From Obrimoposthia wandeli (lineage: Eukaryota), in contig CDROCS010006248.1 in assembly GCA_977020255.1 (NCBI GenBank), positions 1-64,000 on the forward strand: 64,000 nt of DNA, written 5' to 3'. This document shows, one piece after another, positions 39,291-48,978 of the stretch (the first letter of the stretch is position 1; each line of letters begins with the position of its first letter). Position numbers and translations under genes: made by a program. Below the pieces are notes generated by a model. It was not told the DNA's origin. It ran no database searches and worked only from the letters and a program-made list of their open reading frames with translations.

Positions 39291-40139
39291 ATGTCAAATA
39301 AATTTTTTGGTCAATTTTTGTTAGAAAAAGGGGTGATCAATAAAGAACAATTATTGGATGCCATAGATCGACAAAAAGCATCACATCTTAGCTTAGGGCA
39401 AATAGCAGTTAATAAAGGCTATTTGACAGAAGATGATGCAACAAAAATAAACATTGAACAGCAAAGAACAGATGAGCGTTATGGTGCATTAGCTGTTTCA
39501 ATGGGATATTTAAAAGGAAAACAAGTTTCTGAGTTATTCATTATTCAACAAAACACCCGTAAGTTTTTCGGTGAAGTGTTGGTTGAACAAGAAATAATTG
39601 ATAAAATTAATTTAATCAAATACTTGGAAGAGCACGCTGAGCTCAAGAAGAAGTCTACTTTGCAGCTTGATGGTGCAATTTATGCGCATCGACACGGCAA
39701 ACTAATAGCAGATACGATTAACAACACGGTTAAACTGTTTTTACGTATCATTAAAACTCAGGTTCAAGTTTCCAGTGTGAGTGAAGAAGAAGTAACTGTA
39801 GGTGAGGGGGAGCTATCGTTTTCACAAGCTTCAAATCTGCCTAAGCCAATTAGAGTAGGCTATGTTATGGATTCCAATTTGATGGTCTCTGTGGCTAGCA
39901 GCTTCTTGGATATGGATGTCAGCGGTAACCCAGCTGTTTATCAAGATGCAGTGTGTGAGTTTTTAAATATCGTATTAGGAAACTCTTTAGCAGGGCATAA
40001 CGGGGGTGCTGGTACCGAATTGTCACCTCCCGAAATACATGAGCCAGGCTATGATTTAAAAGGTGAGCACCAATCGGTTTTTAAAATAACGATGGCGGCA
40101 CCTAATCAGACGTTTACCTTGTTTTTCTACGATAATTAA
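39291..40139 (+). CDS. Four MshEN-like repeats fused to a CheX/CheC-type phosphatase domain
   Basis: N-terminal repeats xxGxxLLxxGxxxxxxLxxxxxxQ; C-terminal DAVCEFLN (D-x3-E-x2-N) followed by PP about 20 aa later. Confidence 0.65.
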   Translation: MSNKFFGQFLLEKGVINKEQLLDAIDRQKASHLSLGQIAVNKGYLTEDDATKINIEQQRTDERYGALAVSMGYLKGKQVSELFIIQQNTRKFFGEVLVEQEIIDKINLIKYLEEHAELKKKSTLQLDGAIYAHRHGKLIADTINNTVKLFLRIIKTQVQVSSVSEEEVTVGEGELSFSQASNLPKPIRVGYVMDSNLMVSVASSFLDMDVSGNPAVYQDAVCEFLNIVLGNSLAGHNGGAGTELSPPEIHEPGYDLKGEHQSVFKITMAAPNQTFTLFFYDN

Positions 40140-40150
40140 AACAAGCGCTC

Positions 40151-41509
40151 TTACGGTTTAGAGGTTAAGTTTTTAGAGAATACTTTAGAGTTGCGCTGCA
40201 AATTGTATATTTGCTGCTTCTCTTTAGGTAGTTGTTCTACGCTAATTTCCTTAAACCCTTGTTCTAAAAACCAATGAGCTGTTTTGGTGGTTAACACAAA
40301 GAGTGAGGTGAGATTTTTTGTTAGTGCTCTTTGTTCAACAGCTTTTAATAAAACATCTCCGCGATTATTTCCTAGATAACCTTGGTTGACAGCAATGCAA
40401 GCAAGTTCACCTATTTTTTCGCCTTCAAAACAATACAGTGCGGCACAAGCAATGATCGCATTATCTCTTTCAATGACGGTGAACTGCTCTATTTCGGCCT
40501 CTAAACGTTCTCGAGATCTGCGAACTAAGATGCCCTTCTCTTCTAAAGGGTTAATAAGTTCAATAATGCCGCCTATATCCTCAACCGTAGCGTCACGCAC
40601 TTGTTCGTAAGACTCTTTCGTCACCATCGTGCCACTACCATCACGAGTGTATAATTCAGCCAGCATAGCGCCATCAATTTTGTAAGAAATCAAATGGCAA
40701 CGCGGAACGTCATTATTGCAAGCTTCAATTGCAGCTTCTAACAACAAAGCCGTTTCTGAAAGTGATTGGTTAGGATCACTTATTTGATGCTGGTATTGGC
40801 TTAATAAGCGTTGTGCAGTACTGTTAATAAGCTCGCTACGTGTATCACCATTACTGTCCGTGATACCTTGCTCTTTGCCAAATAAAATTAATTTGTCAGC
40901 TTGCAGTGCAATAGCAGCACTGGTGGCTACTTGTTCTACTGGCAAATTGAAAATCTCACCAGTTGGTGAGTATCCAATCGTTGAAATTAACACTATTGAT
41001 TTTAGATCAAGTGTCTTTTCTATTGCTTGATGATCTACACGTCGCACTTCACCTGTGTGACATAAATCGACGCCATCGAAAACTCCTACCGGACGAGCAG
41101 TGATAAAGTTACCCGAAGCTAAGCGGATCTTCGCACCATGCATAGGAGTGTTGATCAAACCCATCGATAGTTTGGCTTCAATAATGGCTCTAATTGAGCC
41201 GCTAGCCTCAATTGCGCATTGCAAAGTATTGCTGTCAGTAACACGTCTTCTATGATGCAGTTGGGCTTGTAGGCCTTGATCGGCAAGCTTCTGCTCTATC
41301 TGAGGTCGAGCGCCATAGACTAATACTAATCGAATGCCTAAGCTGTTAAGTAATGCGATATCATGGATAACATTATCGAAGTTAGGATCTTTTATTGACT
41401 CCCCACTAAGCATGATTACCACCGTGTTATTACGAAGGGCATTAATATAAGGGGATGATTGGCGAAACCAGTTTAAATATTGGTTAACATCTGCCACAGC
41501 TAGCTCCAA
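40151..41509 (-). CDS. argA: Amino-acid N-acetyltransferase (N-acetylglutamate synthase)
   Basis: WFRQSSPYIN, GYSPTGEIFNL, ELYTRDGSGT, GNAT domain ELACIAV and RNSKV. Confidence 0.96.
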   Translation of the reverse strand: MELAVADVNQYLNWFRQSSPYINALRNNTVVIMLSGESIKDPNFDNVIHDIALLNSLGIRLVLVYGARPQIEQKLADQGLQAQLHHRRRVTDSNTLQCAIEASGSIRAIIEAKLSMGLINTPMHGAKIRLASGNFITARPVGVFDGVDLCHTGEVRRVDHQAIEKTLDLKSIVLISTIGYSPTGEIFNLPVEQVATSAAIALQADKLILFGKEQGITDSNGDTRSELINSTAQRLLSQYQHQISDPNQSLSETALLLEAAIEACNNDVPRCHLISYKIDGAMLAELYTRDGSGTMVTKESYEQVRDATVEDIGGIIELINPLEEKGILVRRSRERLEAEIEQFTVIERDNAIIACAALYCFEGEKIGELACIAVNQGYLGNNRGDVLLKAVEQRALTKNLTSLFVLTTKTAHWFLEQGFKEISVEQLPKEKQQIYNLQRNSKVFSKNLTSKP

Positions 41510-41688
41510 ACAAAGAGATTAAAAGGGTTATTGTGCAGTGTTTTAATAAAGACGTCGAGTGACAATCTCACTATATTTACGCACAAAGTAGAGATAAGTC
41601 TTAAAAATGATGAGTATTACACAAAAGGGGATTTTTAATACAGCTAGACATGATTGCAATCTTCAGTGTCATAGTTATCGCGTGTAAA

Positions 41689-41722
41689 GCGGCGCTCTGT
41701 TAAAGATGTAACAGAGCGTCGC
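41689..41722 (-). terminator. Hairpin downstream of pit
   Basis: GCGGCGCTCTGTTA-N6-TAACAGAGCGTCGC, a 14-bp stem. Confidence 0.5.
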
Positions 41723-41756
41723 TATATACGAGCGTAAAAACTAGTGCTGCTAATCT

Positions 41757-43022
41757 TTAACTAAAGATACCTTTAAACATAAAGAAGAACATAATTGATA
41801 GACCTGCTCCGGCGGGCAAGGTGACTATCCAAGATATAAAAATAGTGCCAATGACCCGTAGGTTTAAAGCGGCTAAGCCACGTGCTAAACCCACACCCAA
41901 AACAGCACCTACTAAAGTGTGAGTAGTCGAAATAGGTAAGCCAGTACCTGAGGCAACTACAACGGTTGTTGCTGCCGCAAGTGTCGCTGCAAAGCCGCGA
42001 GAAGGCGTAAGTTCAGTGATGTTATTACCTACGGTCGCGATAACTTTGTGGCCGTACATAACAAGACCGGCAACGATGCCTGCACCACCTAAGAGTAGAA
42101 TCCAAGGAGGCATGACTGATTTTTGTAATACTTCACCACCGGCATTAACGACGCCAACAATTGCTGCGATTGGGCCAACAGCATTCGCTACATCGTTTGA
42201 TCCATGAGCAAATGCCATGGCACAAGCAGTAAACATCATCAGCACACCAAACACTTTTTCAACACTAGAGAAGTGGTAGTCTTTATCTGCTTGTTTATCT
42301 TCTTTTATTCTAATTAACATCACTTTGCCAATGATCATGGTAGCTAAAGCAACGCCAACAGAAATAAGGGCACTATTAGAAAAACTGATATCTAAGCCAA
42401 TGTGCTTCAAGCCTTTAGTGAAAGTAACCATTGAAATGATGAAGCCGACTAAAAAGATATATCCTGGGACGTATCTTTGCGCATTTGCAAAGGGGTTCGC
42501 GGTATCTAAAACTAATTTTTGCACCGTCCTGAAGAGGAAGAATGCAATAAATCCGGCGGTGAGCGGTGAGACCACCCAACTCGCCACAATTTTAGCAACC
42601 TTTGGCCAATTAACGGCGTCAGGTGAAATACCTACCGCTGCGAAGCCAACAATAGCGCCGACAATAGTGTGTGTAGTAGAAACAGGCCAGCCAAAGTGGG
42701 TTGCGACTAATAGCCATATAGCAGCGGCTAATAACGCCGCCATCATCCCGAAAACGAGCAGCTCAGGCGCGCCAGTTAGCAGTGCCGGATCGATAATACC
42801 CTTGCGAATAGTCGCTGTAACAGCGCCGCCAGCAAGGTAAGCTCCTGCAAATTCAAACACAATAGCAATCATGATTGCTTGTTTTAAAGTAAGGGCTTTA
42901 GATCCAACAGATGTTCCCATTGCGTTGGCAACATCGTTTGCGCCTACACCCCAAGCCATGAAAAAGCCGAAAATACAGGCCAAAATGATGATCACATCAC
43001 CGTACTGAGCAATAATATTCAT
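41757..43022 (-). CDS. PiT-family inorganic phosphate transporter
   Basis: GANDVANAMGT, PVSTTH, HGSNDVANA and PISTTHTLVGAV. Confidence 0.95.
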   Translation of the reverse strand: MNIIAQYGDVIIILACIFGFFMAWGVGANDVANAMGTSVGSKALTLKQAIMIAIVFEFAGAYLAGGAVTATIRKGIIDPALLTGAPELLVFGMMAALLAAAIWLLVATHFGWPVSTTHTIVGAIVGFAAVGISPDAVNWPKVAKIVASWVVSPLTAGFIAFFLFRTVQKLVLDTANPFANAQRYVPGYIFLVGFIISMVTFTKGLKHIGLDISFSNSALISVGVALATMIIGKVMLIRIKEDKQADKDYHFSSVEKVFGVLMMFTACAMAFAHGSNDVANAVGPIAAIVGVVNAGGEVLQKSVMPPWILLLGGAGIVAGLVMYGHKVIATVGNNITELTPSRGFAATLAAATTVVVASGTGLPISTTHTLVGAVLGVGLARGLAALNLRVIGTIFISWIVTLPAGAGLSIMFFFMFKGIFS

Positions 43023-43045
43023 AAACCTAAACTCTTAAATATCGC

Positions 43046-43726
43046 TTATTTAGCGAGTAGTAATTGAAGTCTACCGCCAACATCTTGTGCGCGGTCAGCG
43101 AGATCTCCAATCCATGAGATTACTTTGTATAGAAAAATAGCATCGATAGGATCTAGCTCTTTTTCTACTTTGAAAATGGAATAACGAATATGACGTTCTA
43201 ATTCATCAGTTTTGTGTTCTAAGTCATCTAACTTATCAATCAGTGCTTCAACCACTTCAACTTCGCGTCCTCTGAAACCTGCACCGACTAATTCATCTAG
43301 TTCATTAAGGGCAGTAAGGGCTTGCTTTGAAGTTTCGATAGCAGCCGTGACAAATTCAAGCATTTCTTTTTGAATTAAACTGGGGACTGACATTCTTCGA
43401 CCCAACATGATGCCGGAGATGTCTTTTGCTGTATTCGCTATCTTATCTTGCATGCGTAGCAAGTTTAATAAGTCAGAGCGTGGGACCGGCAAGAAGAGAT
43501 TGCTGGGCAATGATTGACGAATATCTTTTTTGATTTCATCTGCTTGGTGTTCAAGATCGGCAATAGTAAGTTGAAGTTGCTCAGCCAACTCCCAATCATC
43601 AGCGAATGAAGCTTCAAAAAAAGGGATGAGTTGTTCTGCGCAGTCTTGTGCTTTTGCAATGTGTTCCTGCATAGGTTTGAACGGAGAACGCGCAAACATT
43701 TGCATGAAAGGATTAGTTGAGCCCAT
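43046..43726 (-). CDS. TIGR00153/DUF47 phosphate transport regulator
   Basis: SPFKPMQEH, EHQAD..K and LFLPVPRSDLL; directly upstream of pit. Confidence 0.9.
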   Translation of the reverse strand: MGSTNPFMQMFARSPFKPMQEHIAKAQDCAEQLIPFFEASFADDWELAEQLQLTIADLEHQADEIKKDIRQSLPSNLFLPVPRSDLLNLLRMQDKIANTAKDISGIMLGRRMSVPSLIQKEMLEFVTAAIETSKQALTALNELDELVGAGFRGREVEVVEALIDKLDDLEHKTDELERHIRYSIFKVEKELDPIDAIFLYKVISWIGDLADRAQDVGGRLQLLLAK

Positions 43727-43881
43727 AATCCCAAGCCTCTTGGTTATGATTTTCGCGAAGTATAAGTGCTGGTGTCATAAATTTGTAGCAAAAACTGGAA
43801 GTTTCGACATGTTTATCTAGTTTGGGAAACACTGTAGAGTTCACAATATAAATATGTTTTTGAAATATAGGGATTTATCAA

Positions 43882-44517
43882 TTGAAACAAGAAATTGAAA
43901 TAAAACTGGAAGTACCAGCAGAGCAAGTAGAAAATTTGCTCGCAACGCGCTTTTTTAAATCGATATCAGAGAAGTTTGAGCAGCGAAAATTAGAAAATAC
44001 TTATTTCGATACTGACGATTTGATGCTCAATAAATTGAAAATAGCACTGCGAGTTAGAAAGAGTGATGAGCAATATATTCAAACGCTAAAAACTCAAGGG
44101 TCGAGTGATAACGGACTGCATAAACGCTTAGAATGGGAATGGGATATAGCAAATAACCAATTAGATGCAGCATTACTGCCAACGGATCATTGGCCTAAAG
44201 AAGTTGATGTTTCAACGCTGAGCGCTCAATTTAGTACCAATTTTACGCGCAAACTGTGGTTAATTGAATATATGGCTAAAGATGGCACTAAAAGCCATGT
44301 TGAAGTTGCACTTGATCAAGGGGTGATCGCTGTAGATGGGTATCAAAAAAAAGTTTCATTATGTGAGCTTGAACTTGAGTTGGTTGAAGGTAATGAGGAT
44401 GTATTGCAAGAAATAGCAAGTATGCTGGTATTGCAGTGCCCGTCTTTGACATCAAGCAACATAAGTAAAGCACTAAGAGGGTACAATTTGCTAGATGAGT
44501 TCAAGAGAAGTAAATGA
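43882..44517 (+). CDS. CYTH-domain protein (inorganic triphosphatase-like)
   Basis: EIEIKL (ExExK), NTYFDT, IALRVR, ELELEL and SKALRGY. Confidence 0.9.
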   Translation: MKQEIEIKLEVPAEQVENLLATRFFKSISEKFEQRKLENTYFDTDDLMLNKLKIALRVRKSDEQYIQTLKTQGSSDNGLHKRLEWEWDIANNQLDAALLPTDHWPKEVDVSTLSAQFSTNFTRKLWLIEYMAKDGTKSHVEVALDQGVIAVDGYQKKVSLCELELELVEGNEDVLQEIASMLVLQCPSLTSSNISKALRGYNLLDEFKRSK

Positions 44518-44584
44518 GCTTTCATTAAAGTAGTCGTTTTTAAAAAATAATTAGTGCACAAAACAGATAAAGAAAAGGAATGTT

Positions 44585-47494
44585 ATGTATCAAGCTCAAT
44601 TAAAATCTATTCCACAGCCATTGCACGAATATGTTGAGCAGCAATGGGCACGTTTATTTGATGCGATAGACGTTGCTGAGCTAGATGACAACACTCTATT
44701 AGCTTTGACTAAAGTGATCGTGGGTAGTGATTATGTTGTCGAGCAGCTGATATCAAAACCTTTTTTATTGTCTGAGCTAGTTAAGTCTAAAGTGTTTGAG
44801 CGCAAAGTTGCTGCGGGAGAATATGCGCAGCAGCTCGCCTCTATTATTGCTGATATTCACGATGAAGCAGAGTTAGAAAAGCAGCTTCGACTGTTTCGCC
44901 AGCGTGCAATTATTCGCCTTATTTGGCGTGACTTGAATAGACTTGCTTGCACACATGACACTATTAGAGAGTTAAGTGCACTTGCAGATGCCTGCATAGA
45001 TGAGACATCCAAAAAGCTCTATGACCTCTTATGTTTAAGATGGGGCACGCCCTATTCAAAAGCTGATGATCGGAGCGAAGGTGAGAAGCAGTATCTGGTT
45101 GTTTTAGGGATGGGCAAGCTAGGCGCAAGTGAGCTTAACTTGTCATCCGATATAGATTTAATGTTTTGTTACCCTAAAAACGGTGAAACGAAAGGACAAA
45201 AGAAATCAATCGATAACCAAGACTTCTTTATACGCCTTGGCAAAAAATTGATTAAAGCGCTAGATGCGCCTACTGCGCATGGCTTTGTGTTCCGAGTTGA
45301 TATGCGCTTGCGTCCATTTGGCTCAGTTAGTCCATTGGCGTGCAGCTTTATCGCGATGGAAAACTATTATCAGCAGCATGGTAGAGAGTGGGAGCGTTAC
45401 GCCATGATCAAAGCGCGCATTGTTTCTGGTGCGACAGATGAATCGGCGCAATTGATGCGAGACTTAAGGCCTTTCGTTTATCGAAAATACATTGATTACT
45501 CTGCGTTTGAGTCTCTTCGGGAGATGAAATCGATGATCAGCAGTGAAGTGCGGCGCAAAGGTTTAACCAATAATGTAAAGCTGGGCCCAGGTGGTATTCG
45601 TGAAATAGAATTTATTGCACAAGCGTTTCAATTGATTAGAGGGGGCAGAGATACTCAGCTGCAGCAAAGAAGTTTGTTACAAATTTTACCATTATTGCCT
45701 GCCACTGTTGGCATGCCTGAGCATGTTGTAACAGAGCTAACCAATGCGTACTTGTTTTTACGCGATACTGAACATGCAATACAGGCCATTGCAGATAAAC
45801 AAACTCAAGAGCTACCGGCAACTGAGCGTGAAGTATTGCGAATTTCTTGCAACCTAGGTTTTGACGACTCAGAAAGCTTTTTTGATTGTTTAGCTCTACA
45901 TCGAAACACGGTCAGTAAACACTTTAGTGAAATATTGGCATTGGATGAGGAAGAGGGTGAGACAACACAAGACAACACAGATTGGTTGTTGCTATGGGAA
46001 GATAAACTGACAGTACAAGAAGCGGTCGATTTGTGTTCAGAGGAAGGGTTTGACGACCCTGTACGCGCGAGCAAGTTAATTACCGATATGGCGTGCTCAA
46101 AAAGCGTAAAAATGCTGCAGCCTATCAGTGCTGAGCGGCTTAAATTGGTCGTTCCAAAAGTATTAAAGAACGTAAGTAGCAGTAAGAATAATGTACAAAC
46201 GCTTGATAGAGTTTTAAAACTTATAAGTGCGGTACTAAGGCGTTCAGCCTATTTAGTATTATTAGCTGAAAACCCAGATGCTCTTAATCAGCTAGTTAAA
46301 CTGTGCTCTGCTAGTGAGTGGTTTTCTAATATATTGACCAAACAGCCCGTGCTACTTGACGAGCTGATAACGCCTCAAACATTGTATTCACCACCAGATA
46401 AGCAAGAGCTGGGGTTAGAGCTAAACAGCCAGATGTTACGCGTGCCAGAAGATGATGAAGAGCAATTAATGGACAGTTTGCGCTACTTTAAGCATGCACA
46501 TGTTTTGCGCGTTGCGGCTAGTGATATCACAGGCAAGCTCGCGTTAATGAAAGTAAGCGACTATTTAACCTGGTTAGCGGAAGCAATTTTGCAGCGTGTT
46601 TTAGATATTGCTTGGAAAACGTTGGTAGATAAACACGGGCTGCCTTGTAATAGTGATGGAGAGGAGCAAGAGCGAAACTTTATTGTTGTTGGCTACGGTA
46701 AAATGGGTGGTATAGAACTTTCTTATGGTTCGGATTTAGATTTAGTATTTCTTCATGGGGCGGATTCTAATGCCTTTACTAATGGGATTAAACCTATCGC
46801 CAATTCAGTGTTTTTTACCCGATTAGGACAAAAAGTTATCCACATGCTCAATACATATACGACCAGTGGGCAGTTATATGAAATTGATATGCGCTTAAGG
46901 CCTGCTGGCAACTCAGGTTTGTTGGTAAGTACTTTAGATGCGTTTGAAAAATACCAATTGAAAGAGGCCTGGACCTGGGAGCATCAAGCGTTAGTTCGCG
47001 CTAGAGTGATTAGCGGCAGCAAGCCTTTAGCGGCAAAATTCGAAAAAGTAAGAAAAACAGTAATAGAGCAGCACAGAGATGATGCCGGTTTACGTATCCA
47101 GGTAAATGACATGCGTGAAAAAATGCGCACGCATTTAGGATCAACAGAACAAGAAAAAAACCAGCAATTTAATTTAAAGCAAGATAAAGGAGGAATTGTC
47201 GATATTGAGTTCCTAGTACAATATTATTGCTTGAGCTATAGCCATAAGCATCCTGAAATATCTTATCATACTGATAATATTCGCATTCTAGATGCAATAG
47301 AAAAGGTAGGTTTATTGAAATCGACAGAAGCGGATGTATTAAGAGAAGCTTATAAAGCGTTTCGTGCTGTTGGGCATCGCCAAGCAATGCAAGAGCGTTC
47401 ATCAACAGTAGAAGCTAATAAACTACGAGGTTATCGTGAGCAAGTTGCTGTGTTATGGGATAGATTGATAACACAAGATGCTAGTTGTGCGTAA
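44585..47494 (+). CDS. glnE: Glutamine synthetase adenylyltransferase
   Basis: Two NTase domains (GMGKLGASELNLSSDIDL; GYGKMGGIELSYGSDLDL), RVDMRLRP and GGIVDIEF. Confidence 0.97.
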   Translation: MYQAQLKSIPQPLHEYVEQQWARLFDAIDVAELDDNTLLALTKVIVGSDYVVEQLISKPFLLSELVKSKVFERKVAAGEYAQQLASIIADIHDEAELEKQLRLFRQRAIIRLIWRDLNRLACTHDTIRELSALADACIDETSKKLYDLLCLRWGTPYSKADDRSEGEKQYLVVLGMGKLGASELNLSSDIDLMFCYPKNGETKGQKKSIDNQDFFIRLGKKLIKALDAPTAHGFVFRVDMRLRPFGSVSPLACSFIAMENYYQQHGREWERYAMIKARIVSGATDESAQLMRDLRPFVYRKYIDYSAFESLREMKSMISSEVRRKGLTNNVKLGPGGIREIEFIAQAFQLIRGGRDTQLQQRSLLQILPLLPATVGMPEHVVTELTNAYLFLRDTEHAIQAIADKQTQELPATEREVLRISCNLGFDDSESFFDCLALHRNTVSKHFSEILALDEEEGETTQDNTDWLLLWEDKLTVQEAVDLCSEEGFDDPVRASKLITDMACSKSVKMLQPISAERLKLVVPKVLKNVSSSKNNVQTLDRVLKLISAVLRRSAYLVLLAENPDALNQLVKLCSASEWFSNILTKQPVLLDELITPQTLYSPPDKQELGLELNSQMLRVPEDDEEQLMDSLRYFKHAHVLRVAASDITGKLALMKVSDYLTWLAEAILQRVLDIAWKTLVDKHGLPCNSDGEEQERNFIVVGYGKMGGIELSYGSDLDLVFLHGADSNAFTNGIKPIANSVFFTRLGQKVIHMLNTYTTSGQLYEIDMRLRPAGNSGLLVSTLDAFEKYQLKEAWTWEHQALVRARVISGSKPLAAKFEKVRKTVIEQHRDDAGLRIQVNDMREKMRTHLGSTEQEKNQQFNLKQDKGGIVDIEFLVQYYCLSYSHKHPEISYHTDNIRILDAIEKVGLLKSTEADVLREAYKAFRAVGHRQAMQERSSTVEANKLRGYREQVAVLWDRLITQDASCA

Positions 47495-47513
47495 ATGAAG
47501 AAGTGCTACTTAG

Positions 47514-47656
47514 TAGCCACTTTATAGATAAGGTAATAAATATCAGTATCAATATAAAGTGGCTATGGAAACGACAGCTAATTAGTGCTCATCCACAGAC
47601 GGGGGCGTCACGAGTTCGCAGTAGGCACCTGTTTGTAGATCGGGACTAACTAGTTG
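47514..47656. other. Two consecutive long imperfect hairpins in the glnE/ilvE convergent gap
   Basis: A 13-bp perfect inverted repeat TAGCCACTTTATA...TATAAAGTGGCTA (47514-47565), plus an about 82-nt imperfect hairpin (47575-47656). Confidence 0.55.
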
Positions 47657-48652
47657 CTAAACATCAGATAACCAATTGTGCTTATCTTCAGCAAGTCCCC
47701 ATTGAATATCGTTCATCGCTTGGCGCAACTTCTTGGTAACAGGGCCTTCTTTGCCATCTCCCAAGTTGTATTCTTTGTTGTTGTAGATAAAAGTGCCGAC
47801 AGGTGCTAGTACTGCGGCAGTACCAGATAATGCAGCTTCACATGTTGATTTTTGTGAGCGCTCAAGCATTTCATCAATCGATATTTCACGTTCTGAGACT
47901 TTCATACCCATATCACGCGCAAGCGTTAAGATTGAATCTCTAGTTACGCCGTGTAAGAAGCTTTCATCAAGTGCTTTGGTGATGATTTCTCCGTCATCAA
48001 TAAGCAAGAAATTAGCAGCGCCAGTTTCTTGAGCAAAACCACCTGGGCAAAAAAGTACTTGATCTGCTTGGTACTTATCTCTCGCTTGCATGATCGGGCG
48101 AAGAGCACTGGCATAGTTGCCGCCACTTTTAATCATTCCGTTGTGAGGTGCGCAGCGCATACCTGTTTCATCTAGTAAAAGGCGAAGTCCGCCTGCATCA
48201 CTATTGAAATATTCTCCAACAGGAGATAGCAGTATATATTGCATAGAAGTAAGAGACGGTGAAGCAGCTTTGCCGATAGCAGGGTCTATACCAAAATGTG
48301 TTGGGCGTATATACATAGAGCCTGGTGGTGCTGGCACTTCACTTTTGTACAAAGCGACAGAATCGATAATCATTTGTGCGGTAACAGCTTTATCGATGGC
48401 AGGTAGCGAAAGAAGGTCGCTGCTTTGCGCAAATCTATCGATATTCTTATCCATGCGAAACATTTTAATGCTTCCATCGGGTTGCTTGAACGCTTTAAGC
48501 CCTTCAAAACAAGTACTTGAATAATGCAGTACATGTGCGCCAGGATGCAAAGTAATGCTATCGCTAGCGACCATCTCAGCGGGGCTCCATTGAGATCCTT
48601 CAAAACGAGAAATTGCCATCTTTGGCATGAAAACTGTACCGAACGCAGCCAT
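47657..48652 (-). CDS. ilvE: Branched-chain amino acid aminotransferase (ilvE group II type)
   Basis: LHYSSTCFEGLKAF, MYIRP, KSGGNYAS, ETGAANF, LHGVTRDS and SGTAAV; GAGG RBS before 48652. Confidence 0.88.
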   Translation of the reverse strand: MAAFGTVFMPKMAISRFEGSQWSPAEMVASDSITLHPGAHVLHYSSTCFEGLKAFKQPDGSIKMFRMDKNIDRFAQSSDLLSLPAIDKAVTAQMIIDSVALYKSEVPAPPGSMYIRPTHFGIDPAIGKAASPSLTSMQYILLSPVGEYFNSDAGGLRLLLDETGMRCAPHNGMIKSGGNYASALRPIMQARDKYQADQVLFCPGGFAQETGAANFLLIDDGEIITKALDESFLHGVTRDSILTLARDMGMKVSEREISIDEMLERSQKSTCEAALSGTAAVLAPVGTFIYNNKEYNLGDGKEGPVTKKLRQAMNDIQWGLAEDKHNWLSDV

Positions 48653-48978
48653 GTTTAACCTCAAAATTATTGATTTTGTCGATCTGTTATTTTTATGATT
48701 AACAGAAGTAGATTTAAAAATTACAACAAATTTAAATGAACAGTATTTTACATCTAAGAGGTGAAATAACCTGCTAAATGTAGTTGCTCATTTTGTTAGA
48801 GCACCGATTGTAGTCACCACTGAGCCAAAAAGGAATTGGCATCAGTAATAAATATCGAGTTTTATCGAATAAACTGGGGAATGTGGCGCATCTTTAGTAT
48901 GATATGTCGCTAATTAAAAAAAGAAAAATAGATTTTCTGGCTAAGTTATAATGAAAATCAAATTTAACAGCTCACTTA

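Noticed and set aside
47575-47656. Hairpin considered as SRP RNA, 6S RNA or an integron attC site
   Set aside because: It lacks the SRP helix-8 CAGG/GNRA/AGCAG motif, is too short for 6S, and has no RYYYAAC...GTTRRRY ends.
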